64,000 bases of DNA from a virus. The stretch spans positions 32,001 to 96,000 of the IMG/VR virus record IMGVR_UViG_3300025288_000012, one strand, 5' to 3'. Below are positions 38,276 through 48,192 of the stretch, piece by piece. The notes beneath the pieces were generated by a model. It ran no database searches, was not told the origin of the DNA, and was given only the letters and a program-made list of their open reading frames with translations. Position numbers and translations under genes: made by a program. How positions within the stretch are numbered: position 1 is the first letter of the stretch; every line of letters starts with the position of its first letter.

Positions 38276-39357
38276 TGACTTCTGAAGATTGCCTTCCGAT
38301 CCTTAAGGGATACGATAAGAACTCTCCTACTGACTCACTTACGGGTGGGCAAATTCAGAGCATGCTGGACTTGTTGATTCTAGAGTCATTAGCTCCCATA
38401 ATACGAAACTCCGATGTGTTTGACATACAACTAGTTCACCTCTTGTCTGTCACAGCTAGAAACAGAAAAAGGCGATTGTCAGCTCTTCCTAGAGAAGAGT
38501 TAATAAATGAGCTGTGTCAGGCTCTGGCCGTAAATGACAGGGCTAGAAAAATAGAGATCATAAGTCAAGCCAAGATAGAGCGAGGTTTCCTGTACAAGTT
38601 TGTAGTGAACTTCCTTCGGCAGTGTAGTGGTTATGAGAGACTGTACTATGAATACCTTACTGAGTCCTCACCAAAGAAAAGAGAGTCTCTGCATCTAAGG
38701 CTAAGGTCAACTGAAAAAGCTCTTGGGTTCAGCAGAGACCGGCTGTACAGCAGCATACAAGCATCAACGGACTACCTCGAACTGATGTACGAGTTCAGAA
38801 ACGTCATAGTTGGCAACTACATTCGGTTCGCATATCAGCAAGCTAAAATGTACGTTAGCAAAAAGGGTAGCAACTTCAACTTCAATGATGTGTACCAGAA
38901 CTTCTTGGTCATAATAACAAAGGCTATCGACAAGTATGATGCGTCCAAGGGTGCTCTAACAAGCTACGTAAAGTGGTGGATACTTAACGCCCAAACAGCT
39001 AATAATTCAGATCATGGTCACGAATACGGAATAGCATATACCTTGCCGCAGATGCAGAAAAAGAGTATGGCCACTAACGGAGTTTCAGATGGTCAGGTTA
39101 ACTTCAGCATAAGCCTTAACAAACTTGTAGGTAAGGATGGTGACGAGACTGAGTTTGGTTCGTCACTCAAAGGGAGTGAAGGTGTAGAGCACGAGCTAGA
39201 GAGAAAACAAGAGTTAGATCAAATAAGGTATCTAGTAAAGAAGGCAGACATACGAGGAATGGCCAGACTCTCATTAGAGATCGACGAATTCTTTTCAGCT
39301 AAGGAGCTTAAGCAAATGAGGGAAGTTATGAGAACGCAACTAGGAGTTACAGTATGA
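38275..39357 (+). CDS. Phage sigma-70-like RNA polymerase sigma factor
   Basis: Region 2 pattern NYIRFA..DVYQ..ITKAIDKYDASKGALTSYVKWWI. Confidence 0.8.
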   Translation: MTSEDCLPILKGYDKNSPTDSLTGGQIQSMLDLLILESLAPIIRNSDVFDIQLVHLLSVTARNRKRRLSALPREELINELCQALAVNDRARKIEIISQAKIERGFLYKFVVNFLRQCSGYERLYYEYLTESSPKKRESLHLRLRSTEKALGFSRDRLYSSIQASTDYLELMYEFRNVIVGNYIRFAYQQAKMYVSKKGSNFNFNDVYQNFLVIITKAIDKYDASKGALTSYVKWWILNAQTANNSDHGHEYGIAYTLPQMQKKSMATNGVSDGQVNFSISLNKLVGKDGDETEFGSSLKGSEGVEHELERKQELDQIRYLVKKADIRGMARLSLEIDEFFSAKELKQMREVMRTQLGVTV

Positions 39358-39545
39358 ACTTAGGTAATATGGTACCACTTAAGGACTTGCAAGTTCCTCA
39401 CAAGTGGTTTGCCTGGAAGCCAGTCACAGTAGAACGGAAAGGAAGTGACGGACAGATTTACTGTCAAGTGAAGTGGCTTTGCGTAGTGAGCAGAGCTTTA
39501 GTCAGGATGCCAGGCGTATCGGTATTCAAATATGAGTCCTTTTAA
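39354..39545 (+). CDS. Small hypothetical protein
   Basis: Coupled start (GTATGA) after the sigma gene, GGAG RBS. Confidence 0.45.
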   Translation: MNLGNMVPLKDLQVPHKWFAWKPVTVERKGSDGQIYCQVKWLCVVSRALVRMPGVSVFKYESF

Positions 39546-39611
39546 AACTGTAAATGCAATACAATGGTGACTTTTTAGTGCACCATTTAATCAACCACAA
39601 AGGAATATGCT

Positions 39612-40808
39612 ATGAAACTTGGAGACGTTAAACCCAAAGTTGGCCGAGAGCGTGTTGACTTGAACGACGTTCTTGGCATGGTTGTGCTGCCCAAAGATAA
39701 ATGGGTAACAGTACGCTTGCTTCCTATGGATGTGTTGCCTGTTCGTAGGCACTGGGTTAACATCATTGCGGGGAAGGACAAACGTGAAGTAAAGATCCCG
39801 AAGATCTGCGTGGCGTTTGATACCACTACTGAGGCTGACAAAACGGGTGTACATTGCCCGTATTGTGAACTCGCTGATGGACCAGAGCAGTTCTACTTGG
39901 CGAACGTAATCGTTCGGTCAGAGCAGGAAGATGCTCCCGCACGTCTGAAGATGACTCCTGAAGAAAAAGAAAGCGGCTTCAAGAACAATAGCAGCACGTC
40001 GTGGACACCGGTACGAGTTCTTCGCATTACATCCGGACTAGCGAAGAAAATACAAGGGCTGAAAGACCTGAACCGAGTCAAGAGCAAGAAGACAGGCAAA
40101 ACCCTTACCTACGACATTTCTGACGAACGCTACGGCTGCGATATTGAAGTAAAGTACAATAGTGACGCCAAGGGTGCAGATAAGTACCAGGTTCAGAAGG
40201 GGGAGCGTTCAGCCATTACGGAAGACGAAAGTGCTTACTTGGTCTACGAGCTGAATGACTCATTACTCGATGAAATCGGTCGTGAAACTGAGAAAGAGGC
40301 TGCTGCTGAATTCAAGCGTATGCAGATTGTCGGCGAAGATGAACTTCCGGATGAAGACGAAGAAGAGGAAATGAGTCTGGGCAAGAAGAAGAAAGCTCCT
40401 GCCAAGAAGCGTAAGCCTGCAGATGATGACGAAGATGATGAAGACGAGGATGATGAAGACGAAGATGACGAGGATGATGATGAACCTCCGGCTCGTAAGA
40501 AGAAGGCACCAGTGAAGAAGGCTCCTGCCAAGAAGTCACCCGCAAAACGTAAGCCTGCAGATGACGAGGATGACGAGGAAGAAGAGGATGACGAGGAAGA
40601 AGATGATGACGAGGACGACGAGGATGATGACGAGCCAGCTCCTCGCAAGAAAAAGCCTGCACCGAAACGTAAGCCTGCAGATGATGACGAAGATGATGAA
40701 GACGAGGATGATGAAGACGAGGATGAACCTCCGGCTCGTAAGAAGAAGGCACCAGTGAAGAAGCGCAGGCCTGCTGATGATGACGAAGACGACGACATTC
40801 CGTTCTGA
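39612..40808 (+). CDS. Single-stranded DNA-binding protein (gp32-like core) with long acidic/basic tail ending DDDIPF
   Basis: VTVRLLP, HWV, C..CPYC; immediately upstream of recA; bacterial SSB-like C-terminus. Confidence 0.7.
   Translation: MKLGDVKPKVGRERVDLNDVLGMVVLPKDKWVTVRLLPMDVLPVRRHWVNIIAGKDKREVKIPKICVAFDTTTEADKTGVHCPYCELADGPEQFYLANVIVRSEQEDAPARLKMTPEEKESGFKNNSSTSWTPVRVLRITSGLAKKIQGLKDLNRVKSKKTGKTLTYDISDERYGCDIEVKYNSDAKGADKYQVQKGERSAITEDESAYLVYELNDSLLDEIGRETEKEAAAEFKRMQIVGEDELPDEDEEEEMSLGKKKKAPAKKRKPADDDEDDEDEDDEDEDDEDDDEPPARKKKAPVKKAPAKKSPAKRKPADDEDDEEEEDDEEEDDDEDDEDDDEPAPRKKKPAPKRKPADDDEDDEDEDDEDEDEPPARKKKAPVKKRRPADDDEDDDIPF
40380..40800 (+). repeat. Imperfect modular repeats encoding D/E tracts and KKKAP/KRKPA blocks
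   Basis: GATGAACCTCCGGCTCGTAAGAAGAAGGCACCAGTGAAGAAG occurs twice; (A)AACGTAAGCCTGCAGATGA-type units occur three times. Confidence 0.8.
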
Positions 40809-40829
40809 TAGCTACTAGCACTAACCCAA

Positions 40830-40858
40830 TGGGTGGATTCGTCCACCCAACCCATTTT
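40830..40858 (+). terminator. Hairpin/terminator between ssb and recA
   Basis: TGGGTGGA-TTCG-TCCACCCA, then CCCATTTT. Confidence 0.55.
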
Positions 40859-40879
40859 AACTTAAAAGGTGACTTTATC

Positions 40880-43567
40880 ATGGTTAGAGAAATTCAAAGG
40901 TCAACAAGACAGGCCAAACCTGCTCCCGCTAGAGCACGGAAATCTAGGTCAGAGCCTGAAGAAGAAGTTGTCGTTACGCGAGCAGTAGCTAGATCTGGAG
41001 CTAGGGTTCCGAAGGTTTCAGTAGTGAAGGAGGCTGAATATGAAATGTTCAACCCTCTAATAAACATTGATGACCAGTTAGATGCTATCGAGAAGGACTA
41101 CACGTTAAGTGGTTCTTCAATGGACCCTGACGAAATAAGGCAGCCAACTGGCCTACTGGTTGTTGATCTCATGCTAGGAAGAGGATTGGTACCTGGATGG
41201 TACACGTTCTTCGGACCAGAGCAGTCGTGCAAGTCAACAGGTGCTTCTACTTTCATGGGTGCAGCGCTAAACTCTGGTATACCAGTCATTTCGTATTGGG
41301 ACTTTGAGGGTTCTGTTTCTCATAGCTATCTTACCAACATCATTGAGACCCAAGGTTTCAAGATGGATCTAAAACATGTGTTCGGTCTAAAAGATGCGGC
41401 TGGAAACTGGACAGTAAAACCTCGAGTGCGTTACTACTCCGAAGGTGTTGCTGAGAAGTTCTTTGACTACCTTGCTAGCCTTGAACGTAAGCTTCCAGAC
41501 AAGGTGAAGATCAATGATAAGTGGTACATGATTTACGAGAACACCAAGGCTAACCAGAAGTTGCTGGCTGGACACTACGATCCCAAATACTTGTCCAAAA
41601 CTGGAAGGCTTCGCATACCTGCTAATGATGGTACTTTGCAAGCGTTAGTAATTCTGGACTCGTACCCAGCTATGTTGCCTGAGCGTCTTGACGTTGACGA
41701 TCCAGGTGCTGGTATGGCAGCTCAAGCTCGTATGTTCAGTGAACAACTTCGTCGAGTTAAAGGCAAGATGAAGGCGAAGCGTATTGCCGTTATAGGCGTC
41801 AACCAGCTCCGCAAAGCACCAATGGTGATGTTCGGCTGTTACCATGGTAGCGTAAGTGTAACTATGGCTGATGGGTCGAAACCTACTATCAAAGAAGTAG
41901 TTGAGAATAAGCTTACTGGACCAGTTCTGGCGTTTGACCCGTCAACCAGTACCTTCGTGCCCAAGCCAATAACTGGGTGGTTTAACAATGGTCCAGCAAA
42001 GAAGTGGTTAAAAATAACCTACGAAACTAGCAGGAACAACCGGGGCGCAAATAAGGATAGCATCGTCGTAACCCCAGAGCACTTGATGTGGAGTGAAGAG
42101 TTCAAAACGCTACTAGCTGCACTCAAGTTTAAAAAGGGTGATACGTTTTCAGCACCTTCTCCGTATGCGTTATCCTATCATGCGGAACAGCTGTACCTAG
42201 GGATGATGCTGGGTGATGGGTGGTTTAGCGTAAAGGAAGACTTCCTAAAGATTAGTTTCATGCACAAGGAAGAATATCAGTGGCTTACGGCGTGGAAACG
42301 GTCAATCCTTAACTTCGGTGGCTGTGATACCAAGCTATTGACTCAAGAGATGCCCTACGTGTACAACCCCAAGCTAGCCAAACTTGCTATGGAACGTAAG
42401 TCTGGTTGTGAAGGACGCGAGAAAAGGCTGTCACAGGAATTTTGCGAAGCACTCGATCTACCTGCAGTAGCAGTGTGGTACATGGATGACGGCGGCAAGG
42501 GAGGTAAGCTACGGAAGATGCAATCCTATCCCTTACAGGATGTTAGACTTCTTTGCGATGTCTTGAACAAAAAGTTCAAAACAAACTGTACAGTGGCCAC
42601 ATGGGCAGATAACTCCTGCGTAAGTGGTGTGGGACATGGGATTAAATTCGACACACGAATGTACAACCTTATGGCACCTTATGTGCACGCTAACTTCCGA
42701 CAAGAGGTTGCGGACCGAGTAACTATCAACTGCAACGCTTCCGGTATAGTGAGGCCAGAAACGATTCGCAAGCATACCCCGAAAGGAATCCGGTACTTTG
42801 GGGAATTCAAGGCATGGGGTGCTTGTGGTACGACGCAATCCATTCCTGTAAAAATTCTAAAGGTAGAGGAAATCTCGAAAGGAAACTATGGTCGCAAGGC
42901 ACAAGCAGATAAGTTCGTACTAAGCGATTCTCGTTATGAGATTGAGATAAAGGATTTGGGACTATTCGTAGCTGATGGTGTCGTGGGCAAAAACTCGCCT
43001 GAATACGAACCTGGTGGAGAGGCTATAAAGTTCTTCAGCGACTGCCGGTTGCGGGTGTTCCCAAGGGCCCTTAGTGGTGTTCCTGGTGCAAAAGGTAAGG
43101 GGATGATAGAAGAAGAACCAAGCATCCTAGAGTCTGGTGGTAAGGACTCCTATCGCTACATTCATATCCGTGCTCACAAGAACAAGCTCAGTGTGCCAAA
43201 TCTCGAAGGCTGGTTACGTCTGTGGATTACGGATGGTGAAGGCGTGGCTCGTGGTTTTGATCCGGTGTGGGATGTATACTACTACTTGCGCGAGACAGGT
43301 CAGATAAGTGGTCAACGATCTAAGCTCAAGCTAGCTTTGGATGGTAGAGAGAATCCGAAGAAGGCATTGCCGTGGATGGACTTGAAGGCACTTGTCATAG
43401 GTACTAAAGCTCAAAGGATTGAAGTGTGGAAATCTTTGATGCCTGGTTCTAGGCCGTTTGATCTTAAAGGATTCTGCAAGAAGCAACTGCAGGAGCGTAA
43501 CGGGCTCGATCTGTACTTTAGTCACATGAAGGCATCATCTGCTGCAGACGAAGAGACTGAGGACTGA
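40880..43567 (+). CDS. recA: RecA/UvsX-like recombinase with intein
   Basis: FGPEQSCKST (Walker A), LVILDS, QARMFS, NQLR..VMFG|..|SPEYEPGGEAIKFFS. Start MVREIQ at about 40880 (track 40829). Confidence 0.9.
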   Translation: MVREIQRSTRQAKPAPARARKSRSEPEEEVVVTRAVARSGARVPKVSVVKEAEYEMFNPLINIDDQLDAIEKDYTLSGSSMDPDEIRQPTGLLVVDLMLGRGLVPGWYTFFGPEQSCKSTGASTFMGAALNSGIPVISYWDFEGSVSHSYLTNIIETQGFKMDLKHVFGLKDAAGNWTVKPRVRYYSEGVAEKFFDYLASLERKLPDKVKINDKWYMIYENTKANQKLLAGHYDPKYLSKTGRLRIPANDGTLQALVILDSYPAMLPERLDVDDPGAGMAAQARMFSEQLRRVKGKMKAKRIAVIGVNQLRKAPMVMFGCYHGSVSVTMADGSKPTIKEVVENKLTGPVLAFDPSTSTFVPKPITGWFNNGPAKKWLKITYETSRNNRGANKDSIVVTPEHLMWSEEFKTLLAALKFKKGDTFSAPSPYALSYHAEQLYLGMMLGDGWFSVKEDFLKISFMHKEEYQWLTAWKRSILNFGGCDTKLLTQEMPYVYNPKLAKLAMERKSGCEGREKRLSQEFCEALDLPAVAVWYMDDGGKGGKLRKMQSYPLQDVRLLCDVLNKKFKTNCTVATWADNSCVSGVGHGIKFDTRMYNLMAPYVHANFRQEVADRVTINCNASGIVRPETIRKHTPKGIRYFGEFKAWGACGTTQSIPVKILKVEEISKGNYGRKAQADKFVLSDSRYEIEIKDLGLFVADGVVGKNSPEYEPGGEAIKFFSDCRLRVFPRALSGVPGAKGKGMIEEEPSILESGGKDSYRYIHIRAHKNKLSVPNLEGWLRLWITDGEGVARGFDPVWDVYYYLRETGQISGQRSKLKLALDGRENPKKALPWMDLKALVIGTKAQRIEVWKSLMPGSRPFDLKGFCKKQLQERNGLDLYFSHMKASSAADEETED
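41837..42994 (+). mobile_element. RecA intein (386 aa, LAGLIDADG), ends KN
   Basis: VMFG|CYHGSVSV..WFNNGPA..VTPEH..LGMMLGDG, AVWYMDDG..VVGKN|SPE. Confidence 0.9.
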
Positions 43568-43568
43568 C

Positions 43569-43907
43569 GTGACAACTGATTCTACTCGTGGTGAGGTCAA
43601 ACAGATTGACCAGAGTTCTTACTTTGACTGTCCAAAGCTTTGGGCACGCCTTAAAATAAGTGCATGTTATGAGTACATGGAGAAGTCAAAGGAACGATGC
43701 CCTGCGAATAAAACCCCGAAATACGCGATGGCTTGTTCAAAGTGTACGGAGTTCAGTACCTACCATCGGGTAGTAATCAGTAGCGAGGAATTTGAAGGTA
43801 AGGTTCTTTCTGACCTTGGTGGTGCAGAGGGTCTGGCAAAGCAGGAAGACCTCGAGGATTTGGAGTTGTGGGAGAAACGAAGACTTCGAGGCTTGTCAAA
43901 TTCTTGA
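43569..43907 (+). CDS. Cys-rich hypothetical protein
   Basis: 112 aa, GTG start right after the recA stop. Confidence 0.55.
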   Translation: MTTDSTRGEVKQIDQSSYFDCPKLWARLKISACYEYMEKSKERCPANKTPKYAMACSKCTEFSTYHRVVISSEEFEGKVLSDLGGAEGLAKQEDLEDLELWEKRRLRGLSNS

Positions 43908-43956
43908 AGTGCTAGTAAGTTTGCCCACGTAGTAATTTATAACGGTTACTTATCCT

Positions 43957-44826
43957 ATGAGAATATTGTTGGTTGACGGTAACAACTATGCGTATCGAGG
44001 CATGTACGCTATAAAGGACCTGAGCTCTAATGATGGAATACCCACTAATGCAGTACGTGGGTTTTTCACTATTTTGAGCACAGACATAAAAGTACTAAGA
44101 CCTACTCACGTTGCTCTGTCATTTGACCGCACACCTTCATTCAGACGACTTGAAATGTATCCTGAATACAAAGGTACTAGAGATCATAGTGGTGTAAACA
44201 TTGATCCCCAGCTACGGATCATCCGTAAGCTTACCCGAGCTTCGGGTCTGGCTACATTGGATGTGATAGGTGAAGAGTCGGATGACATAATTGCTACACT
44301 GGCCGTGTTGTTCGGTGAACTAGACTTTGAGGTACTTATCTCGTCGACTGATAAGGACTTTGCAGCCCTAGTTGGAAAGAAAACGAAGATAGTCGAGCCT
44401 CGTACTAGGAGCCTCATAGGTCAGAAAGGGGTTATGGCGAAGTTCGGTGTACGCCCTAATCAAATGCAGGACTTACTAACACTAATGGGTGACAAGGCTG
44501 ACAATGTCCCAGGTGCAAAAGGAGTAGCGAAGAAAACAGCCGCAAAGCTACTGTCAAAGTATGGAAGCATAAAGGGCATCTACGGTGCTGTGAAGAGAAA
44601 TGAGCTAACGCCTGCTCTTACACGAAATTTAGTTGAGTTCAGATCGAGTGGACAGCTAGAGCTTAGCTACAAGCTTATCAAGCTGTTCACTGAGGTAAAG
44701 GTCAATAGTGATCCTAGTAGATTCGATCTTAGTACAAAAAGAGTAGATGCGAATCTAGTTAGGAGAATGTGTGAGGAGTTGAATCTTACCGACACTCACA
44801 AGCTAATAAGGGGCATGAACAAATGA
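43957..44826 (+). CDS. 5'-3' exonuclease / FEN-like (PolA N-terminal family)
   Basis: LLVDGNN, YPEYKGTR, ESDDIIATL, STDKDF, LMGDKADNVPGAKGVAKKTA. Confidence 0.92.
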   Translation: MRILLVDGNNYAYRGMYAIKDLSSNDGIPTNAVRGFFTILSTDIKVLRPTHVALSFDRTPSFRRLEMYPEYKGTRDHSGVNIDPQLRIIRKLTRASGLATLDVIGEESDDIIATLAVLFGELDFEVLISSTDKDFAALVGKKTKIVEPRTRSLIGQKGVMAKFGVRPNQMQDLLTLMGDKADNVPGAKGVAKKTAAKLLSKYGSIKGIYGAVKRNELTPALTRNLVEFRSSGQLELSYKLIKLFTEVKVNSDPSRFDLSTKRVDANLVRRMCEELNLTDTHKLIRGMNK

Positions 44827-45047
44827 AAATGAAGTTAATGGTTATAAAGCAACCAACTGAACCTGAAGTCACGTACTCCGCTGAGGGTGAAGAAGAAGTA
44901 AAAAGAAGCGTAGAGGAAATAGCTATAGAGCTTCAGAAGGTGAACCTTGAGCTTAGCAGCCTAACAGGCGAAATTGAGTCCATGGAGGACGAACTCCAAA
45001 TAACCTTCAGCGATATAGTTGAGACTAAAGAGGCCACTCATGGCTGA
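44823..45047 (+). CDS. Small acidic coiled-coil protein
   Basis: 74-aa ORF with coupled overlaps. Confidence 0.5.
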   Translation: MKMKLMVIKQPTEPEVTYSAEGEEEVKRSVEEIAIELQKVNLELSSLTGEIESMEDELQITFSDIVETKEATHG

Positions 45048-45669
45048 AATGGCTGAATTGATTAGGGCTGAAGTGGAACACCGCGAAGAAGAAAGTCACA
45101 ACTTCGAGCAGGACAAAACAGAAAGGGAGAAGTTCAAGTTCAGGGACGTAGCAGAGTCGGATAGACATAATAGAAGAGAAATATCCAACGCTGTAAAGAA
45201 GCTTTTTAAGAAGATCTCGATGAAGACTCATCCTGATCGTACACAGAACAAGTCTGACGAAGAGAAGAAAATTCTACACGAGCTTTTCCTGGAAGCTAAA
45301 ATTGCGTATGCCTCAGATGACCTTCATGGGCTGGAGGAAATTTGGAGTTGCGTAAAGTCCATGAAGCCGCGTCTTCTCAGCAGGCTGATTGAAAAGTTGC
45401 AGCATCTAATGCTGCAACTTCAGAAGTCAAAAGTATCACTCAATATGCTAAAGAAGTCGTCGCAGTACAATATGCTAACAGACTTCAAAGTTGACCGGGC
45501 ACGACCCAAGGTAGAGCAGTTCTACAAAGGACTTCTACTGAGAAAGATCGAGAGGTTGAAAAGAGAAATAAACTTTAGGGATGCAACTAGGTATGGTGAA
45601 GAAGCGAAACCACAAACCATCGCTATAACTATAATCACCACAACTAATTCTGGTTGGACAAGCCTTTAA
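45040..45669 (+). CDS. J-domain (HPD) protein
   Basis: VKKLFKKISMKTHPDR..LFLEAKIAY; ATG at 45040 with GAGG (track 45019). Confidence 0.75.
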   Translation: MAEMAELIRAEVEHREEESHNFEQDKTEREKFKFRDVAESDRHNRREISNAVKKLFKKISMKTHPDRTQNKSDEEKKILHELFLEAKIAYASDDLHGLEEIWSCVKSMKPRLLSRLIEKLQHLMLQLQKSKVSLNMLKKSSQYNMLTDFKVDRARPKVEQFYKGLLLRKIERLKREINFRDATRYGEEAKPQTIAITIITTTNSGWTSL

Positions 45670-46730
45670 CAAGGAACAGCATGAGTCTTCACGGTGTAAG
45701 TACTAGCGATTGGCATCTAGGTGGTATGCAAAGGGTCCTAACTGACCCAGTTGGTAGCATGATTAGGGAGATTAAGAAGCCTTATGAGTATGCACTTAGC
45801 CAAGGCATTAAGTATGTATTCGTACCTGGTGACATAAGTGATTCACACCACATGGATGACCACACCTTCATCCAGTTGTTGACTCTGCTTCTTACCTACG
45901 ATGAACACATAACTACGTTCTACTTACGAGGTAATCATGACGTAGCGCATAAGTACAAGACGTCACTCGATGCTCTTGAATTCATGGCGAAGAACAATTT
46001 CTTCAAGAACTTCAAGGTTTACAGCTCACCCAAGGCTGTCGGCATTGACGGTGTGAGCGTAGGATTTATCCCATTCCCTGGATCAGAAGTCAAGGCAAAA
46101 AGGCCTCCACTCATATTCGCGCATGTGGAAGAGCCTGGTGCGATAGGGGATAACGGAAGACCTCTAAAGACAAAGGAGAGTCAGATCATCCGTAGGGCTG
46201 GTGACTACATGATCTCAGGTCACTTGCACCAATTCCAAGTACTTGAGGCGAGACGTACTCTGTATAACGGTTCACCCTACCAGAAGACATTTGGTGAGTC
46301 ATTGCCTAAAGGGTTTGTTGACTTCAAAGCTGAGTACGTCAAAGGCAAGCTAGAAGTAGATCACGAGTTCATAAATAGTCATCCGAACTTTGAGTTACGA
46401 AACATCCTCATACGGAAAAGTTCTGACTGGGAGAAGATTGTTGACGATCCTAACATACGGTACAAGGTGGTTGTTGACAAGTCAGCTGGTGTAGTGGTAC
46501 CAAAGGACATAACACTCAGCAGACCCAACATAGTGTACTTGAATGGGTCAGACTCATTGGTCAAAGTGAAGGATGTTCATGATATTGAAGGTCAATCACT
46601 GGCATCGCTTCCGATCTTCAATCCCATCAAAGGACTTAGAGCGTACTTAGAACGTTCGGGTCTTGACGAAGTCACAGTGAAACTAGGTATATCAATGACC
46701 AAGGAAGCGTGGAAGCACCTGAATAAGTAA
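45654..46730 (+). CDS. SbcD/Mre11-like metallophosphoesterase nuclease
   Basis: SDWH, GD, GNHD, AH, GHLH, YNGSP; likely start MSLHG. Confidence 0.88.
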   Translation: MDKPLTRNSMSLHGVSTSDWHLGGMQRVLTDPVGSMIREIKKPYEYALSQGIKYVFVPGDISDSHHMDDHTFIQLLTLLLTYDEHITTFYLRGNHDVAHKYKTSLDALEFMAKNNFFKNFKVYSSPKAVGIDGVSVGFIPFPGSEVKAKRPPLIFAHVEEPGAIGDNGRPLKTKESQIIRRAGDYMISGHLHQFQVLEARRTLYNGSPYQKTFGESLPKGFVDFKAEYVKGKLEVDHEFINSHPNFELRNILIRKSSDWEKIVDDPNIRYKVVVDKSAGVVVPKDITLSRPNIVYLNGSDSLVKVKDVHDIEGQSLASLPIFNPIKGLRAYLERSGLDEVTVKLGISMTKEAWKHLNK

Positions 46731-46746
46731 CGCGTAAATCACCTAT

Positions 46747-46776
46747 AAAAGCCTGCAACTGTGCAGGCTTTTTTTT
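46747..46776 (+). terminator. Intrinsic terminator
   Basis: AAAAGCCTGCA-ACTG-TGCAGGCTTTTTTTT. Confidence 0.88.
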
Positions 46777-47705
46777 CGTCTCCACTTCCTACGTTTATGC
46801 GTATAAAAATGGGTGGGTGCACCCAGTAATAACTGAAACTGCGGATCGATTTTGGCCCGGTTGTGTGATCTTGTACGACGAACTCGCGGGTAGCGAATTC
46901 AGGTTTTCGTGCTTTCGGTAAAAAACACCTGTTTTTTGAGCTTCTGTTCCGGGAAAATAGGGTGAACTAAGGTGCATTTTTGGGTCATGAACCTCCACTT
47001 TTCCAAAAGGCTCCCGAAATATCGATTTTTGTCAAACCCGTAAAAAATATTTATCTCATTTAGAATCAAAGACATACGGTTCCAATTGTTGCGCTGCAAC
47101 AGCGCGTACAAGGTGTTTCAACCGGGAAAAACTATGGCGGCACTGACAGTTCACGAACCAGTACGTGCAGAGCACTACATATGGTTCAACATACTGTTTT
47201 CCGCCTGGTTTGAACCCACGTAAAAACGCAGTTTCGTGCAACCTAACTGTAAACGACGTGTAAGACGTGCCGTCATGGCTGATTGAATCAAATTGTGAAT
47301 GTGAGCCGCGTATCACTAAGTTCCATGATGCCTCGTATGATGTACGATGCGATGTGCGGAGCAATTGCGAGACCACGAGGCAGGAGTCGGAGACGACCAA
47401 TAATGGTCAGGTACCGCAGAGGCTGATTGAATATTATGTATCCTGTGAAATAAGTATCAGTATCAATGTGGTTTTACCGGTTTCGGGGGAAACCGGTCGG
47501 GGTAGAAAATTTCGGATGGTTTAGAACTATTGATCGAATACGAGCCTAAGGCGAGTTCGATCAATAGTTCATCAAACACGCTGGTGTGTAGCGTGTTTGA
47601 GATTAAGCGTAGCCAGTGTGGTAAAAAGGTGGACGAAAACAGCGTCCTTGCAATATCGGCGATAGCCCTGCCTGATTTTCCTGCAGAAAATGCAGTACCA
47701 CCCAC

Positions 47706-47834
47706 AAAACCTCAGGAAAACCATGGCTTTACGTTAAAACCTCAGGAAAACCATGGCTTTACGTTAAAACCTCAGGAAAACCATGGCTTTACGTTAAAAC
47801 CTCAGGAAAACCATGGCTTTACGTTAAAACCTCA
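47706..47834. repeat. 30-bp tandem repeat, 4 exact copies + partial
   Basis: AAAACCTCAGGAAAACCATGGCTTTACGTT x4, then AAAACCTCA. Confidence 0.97.
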
Positions 47835-47853
47835 CAATTGCTAGAGTCCTTAT

Positions 47854-48192
47854 ATGCCAAATTTGGACCTCCGGTCCAAATTTGACGGTTCTGTAACATT
47901 CCGCCGCGCGCCCCGCCCGCCCGCCGCCCCTCCACCTCGAACGAACATACCAACCTATATGAAAATCTTTCCACTTGCCCCGTTTCATCTCCATGTACCG
48001 ACTACTAATGCTCAGATGTACTGCTGCCTAACGGAAGAAGAACTCGCAGATCGTAACCAGAAAGCAGATCTGTGCATGTTGGTCAAGAGGCTAGTGCGAA
48101 CCCTGGAAGCGGTGTCACCCAACAATGAACTTTCAACTATTGCGATGGACTTCATTAAGAATGCCACTGACATTGGTAAGCCTTTGCGATAA
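47854..48192 (+). CDS. Possible small hypothetical protein
   Basis: 112-aa ORF; the Pro-rich N-terminus crosses a hairpin and GC tract, so the true start is uncertain. Confidence 0.35.
   Translation: MPNLDLRSKFDGSVTFRRAPRPPAAPPPRTNIPTYMKIFPLAPFHLHVPTTNAQMYCCLTEEELADRNQKADLCMLVKRLVRTLEAVSPNNELSTIAMDFIKNATDIGKPLR

Noticed and set aside
40244-40881. Minus-strand Ser-rich and His-rich ORFs
   Set aside because: Antisense shadows of the SSB acidic tail.
47706-47834. CRISPR array
   Set aside because: The repeats are contiguous with no unique spacers, and the Cas4-like gene at 29271 has no other cas genes beside it.
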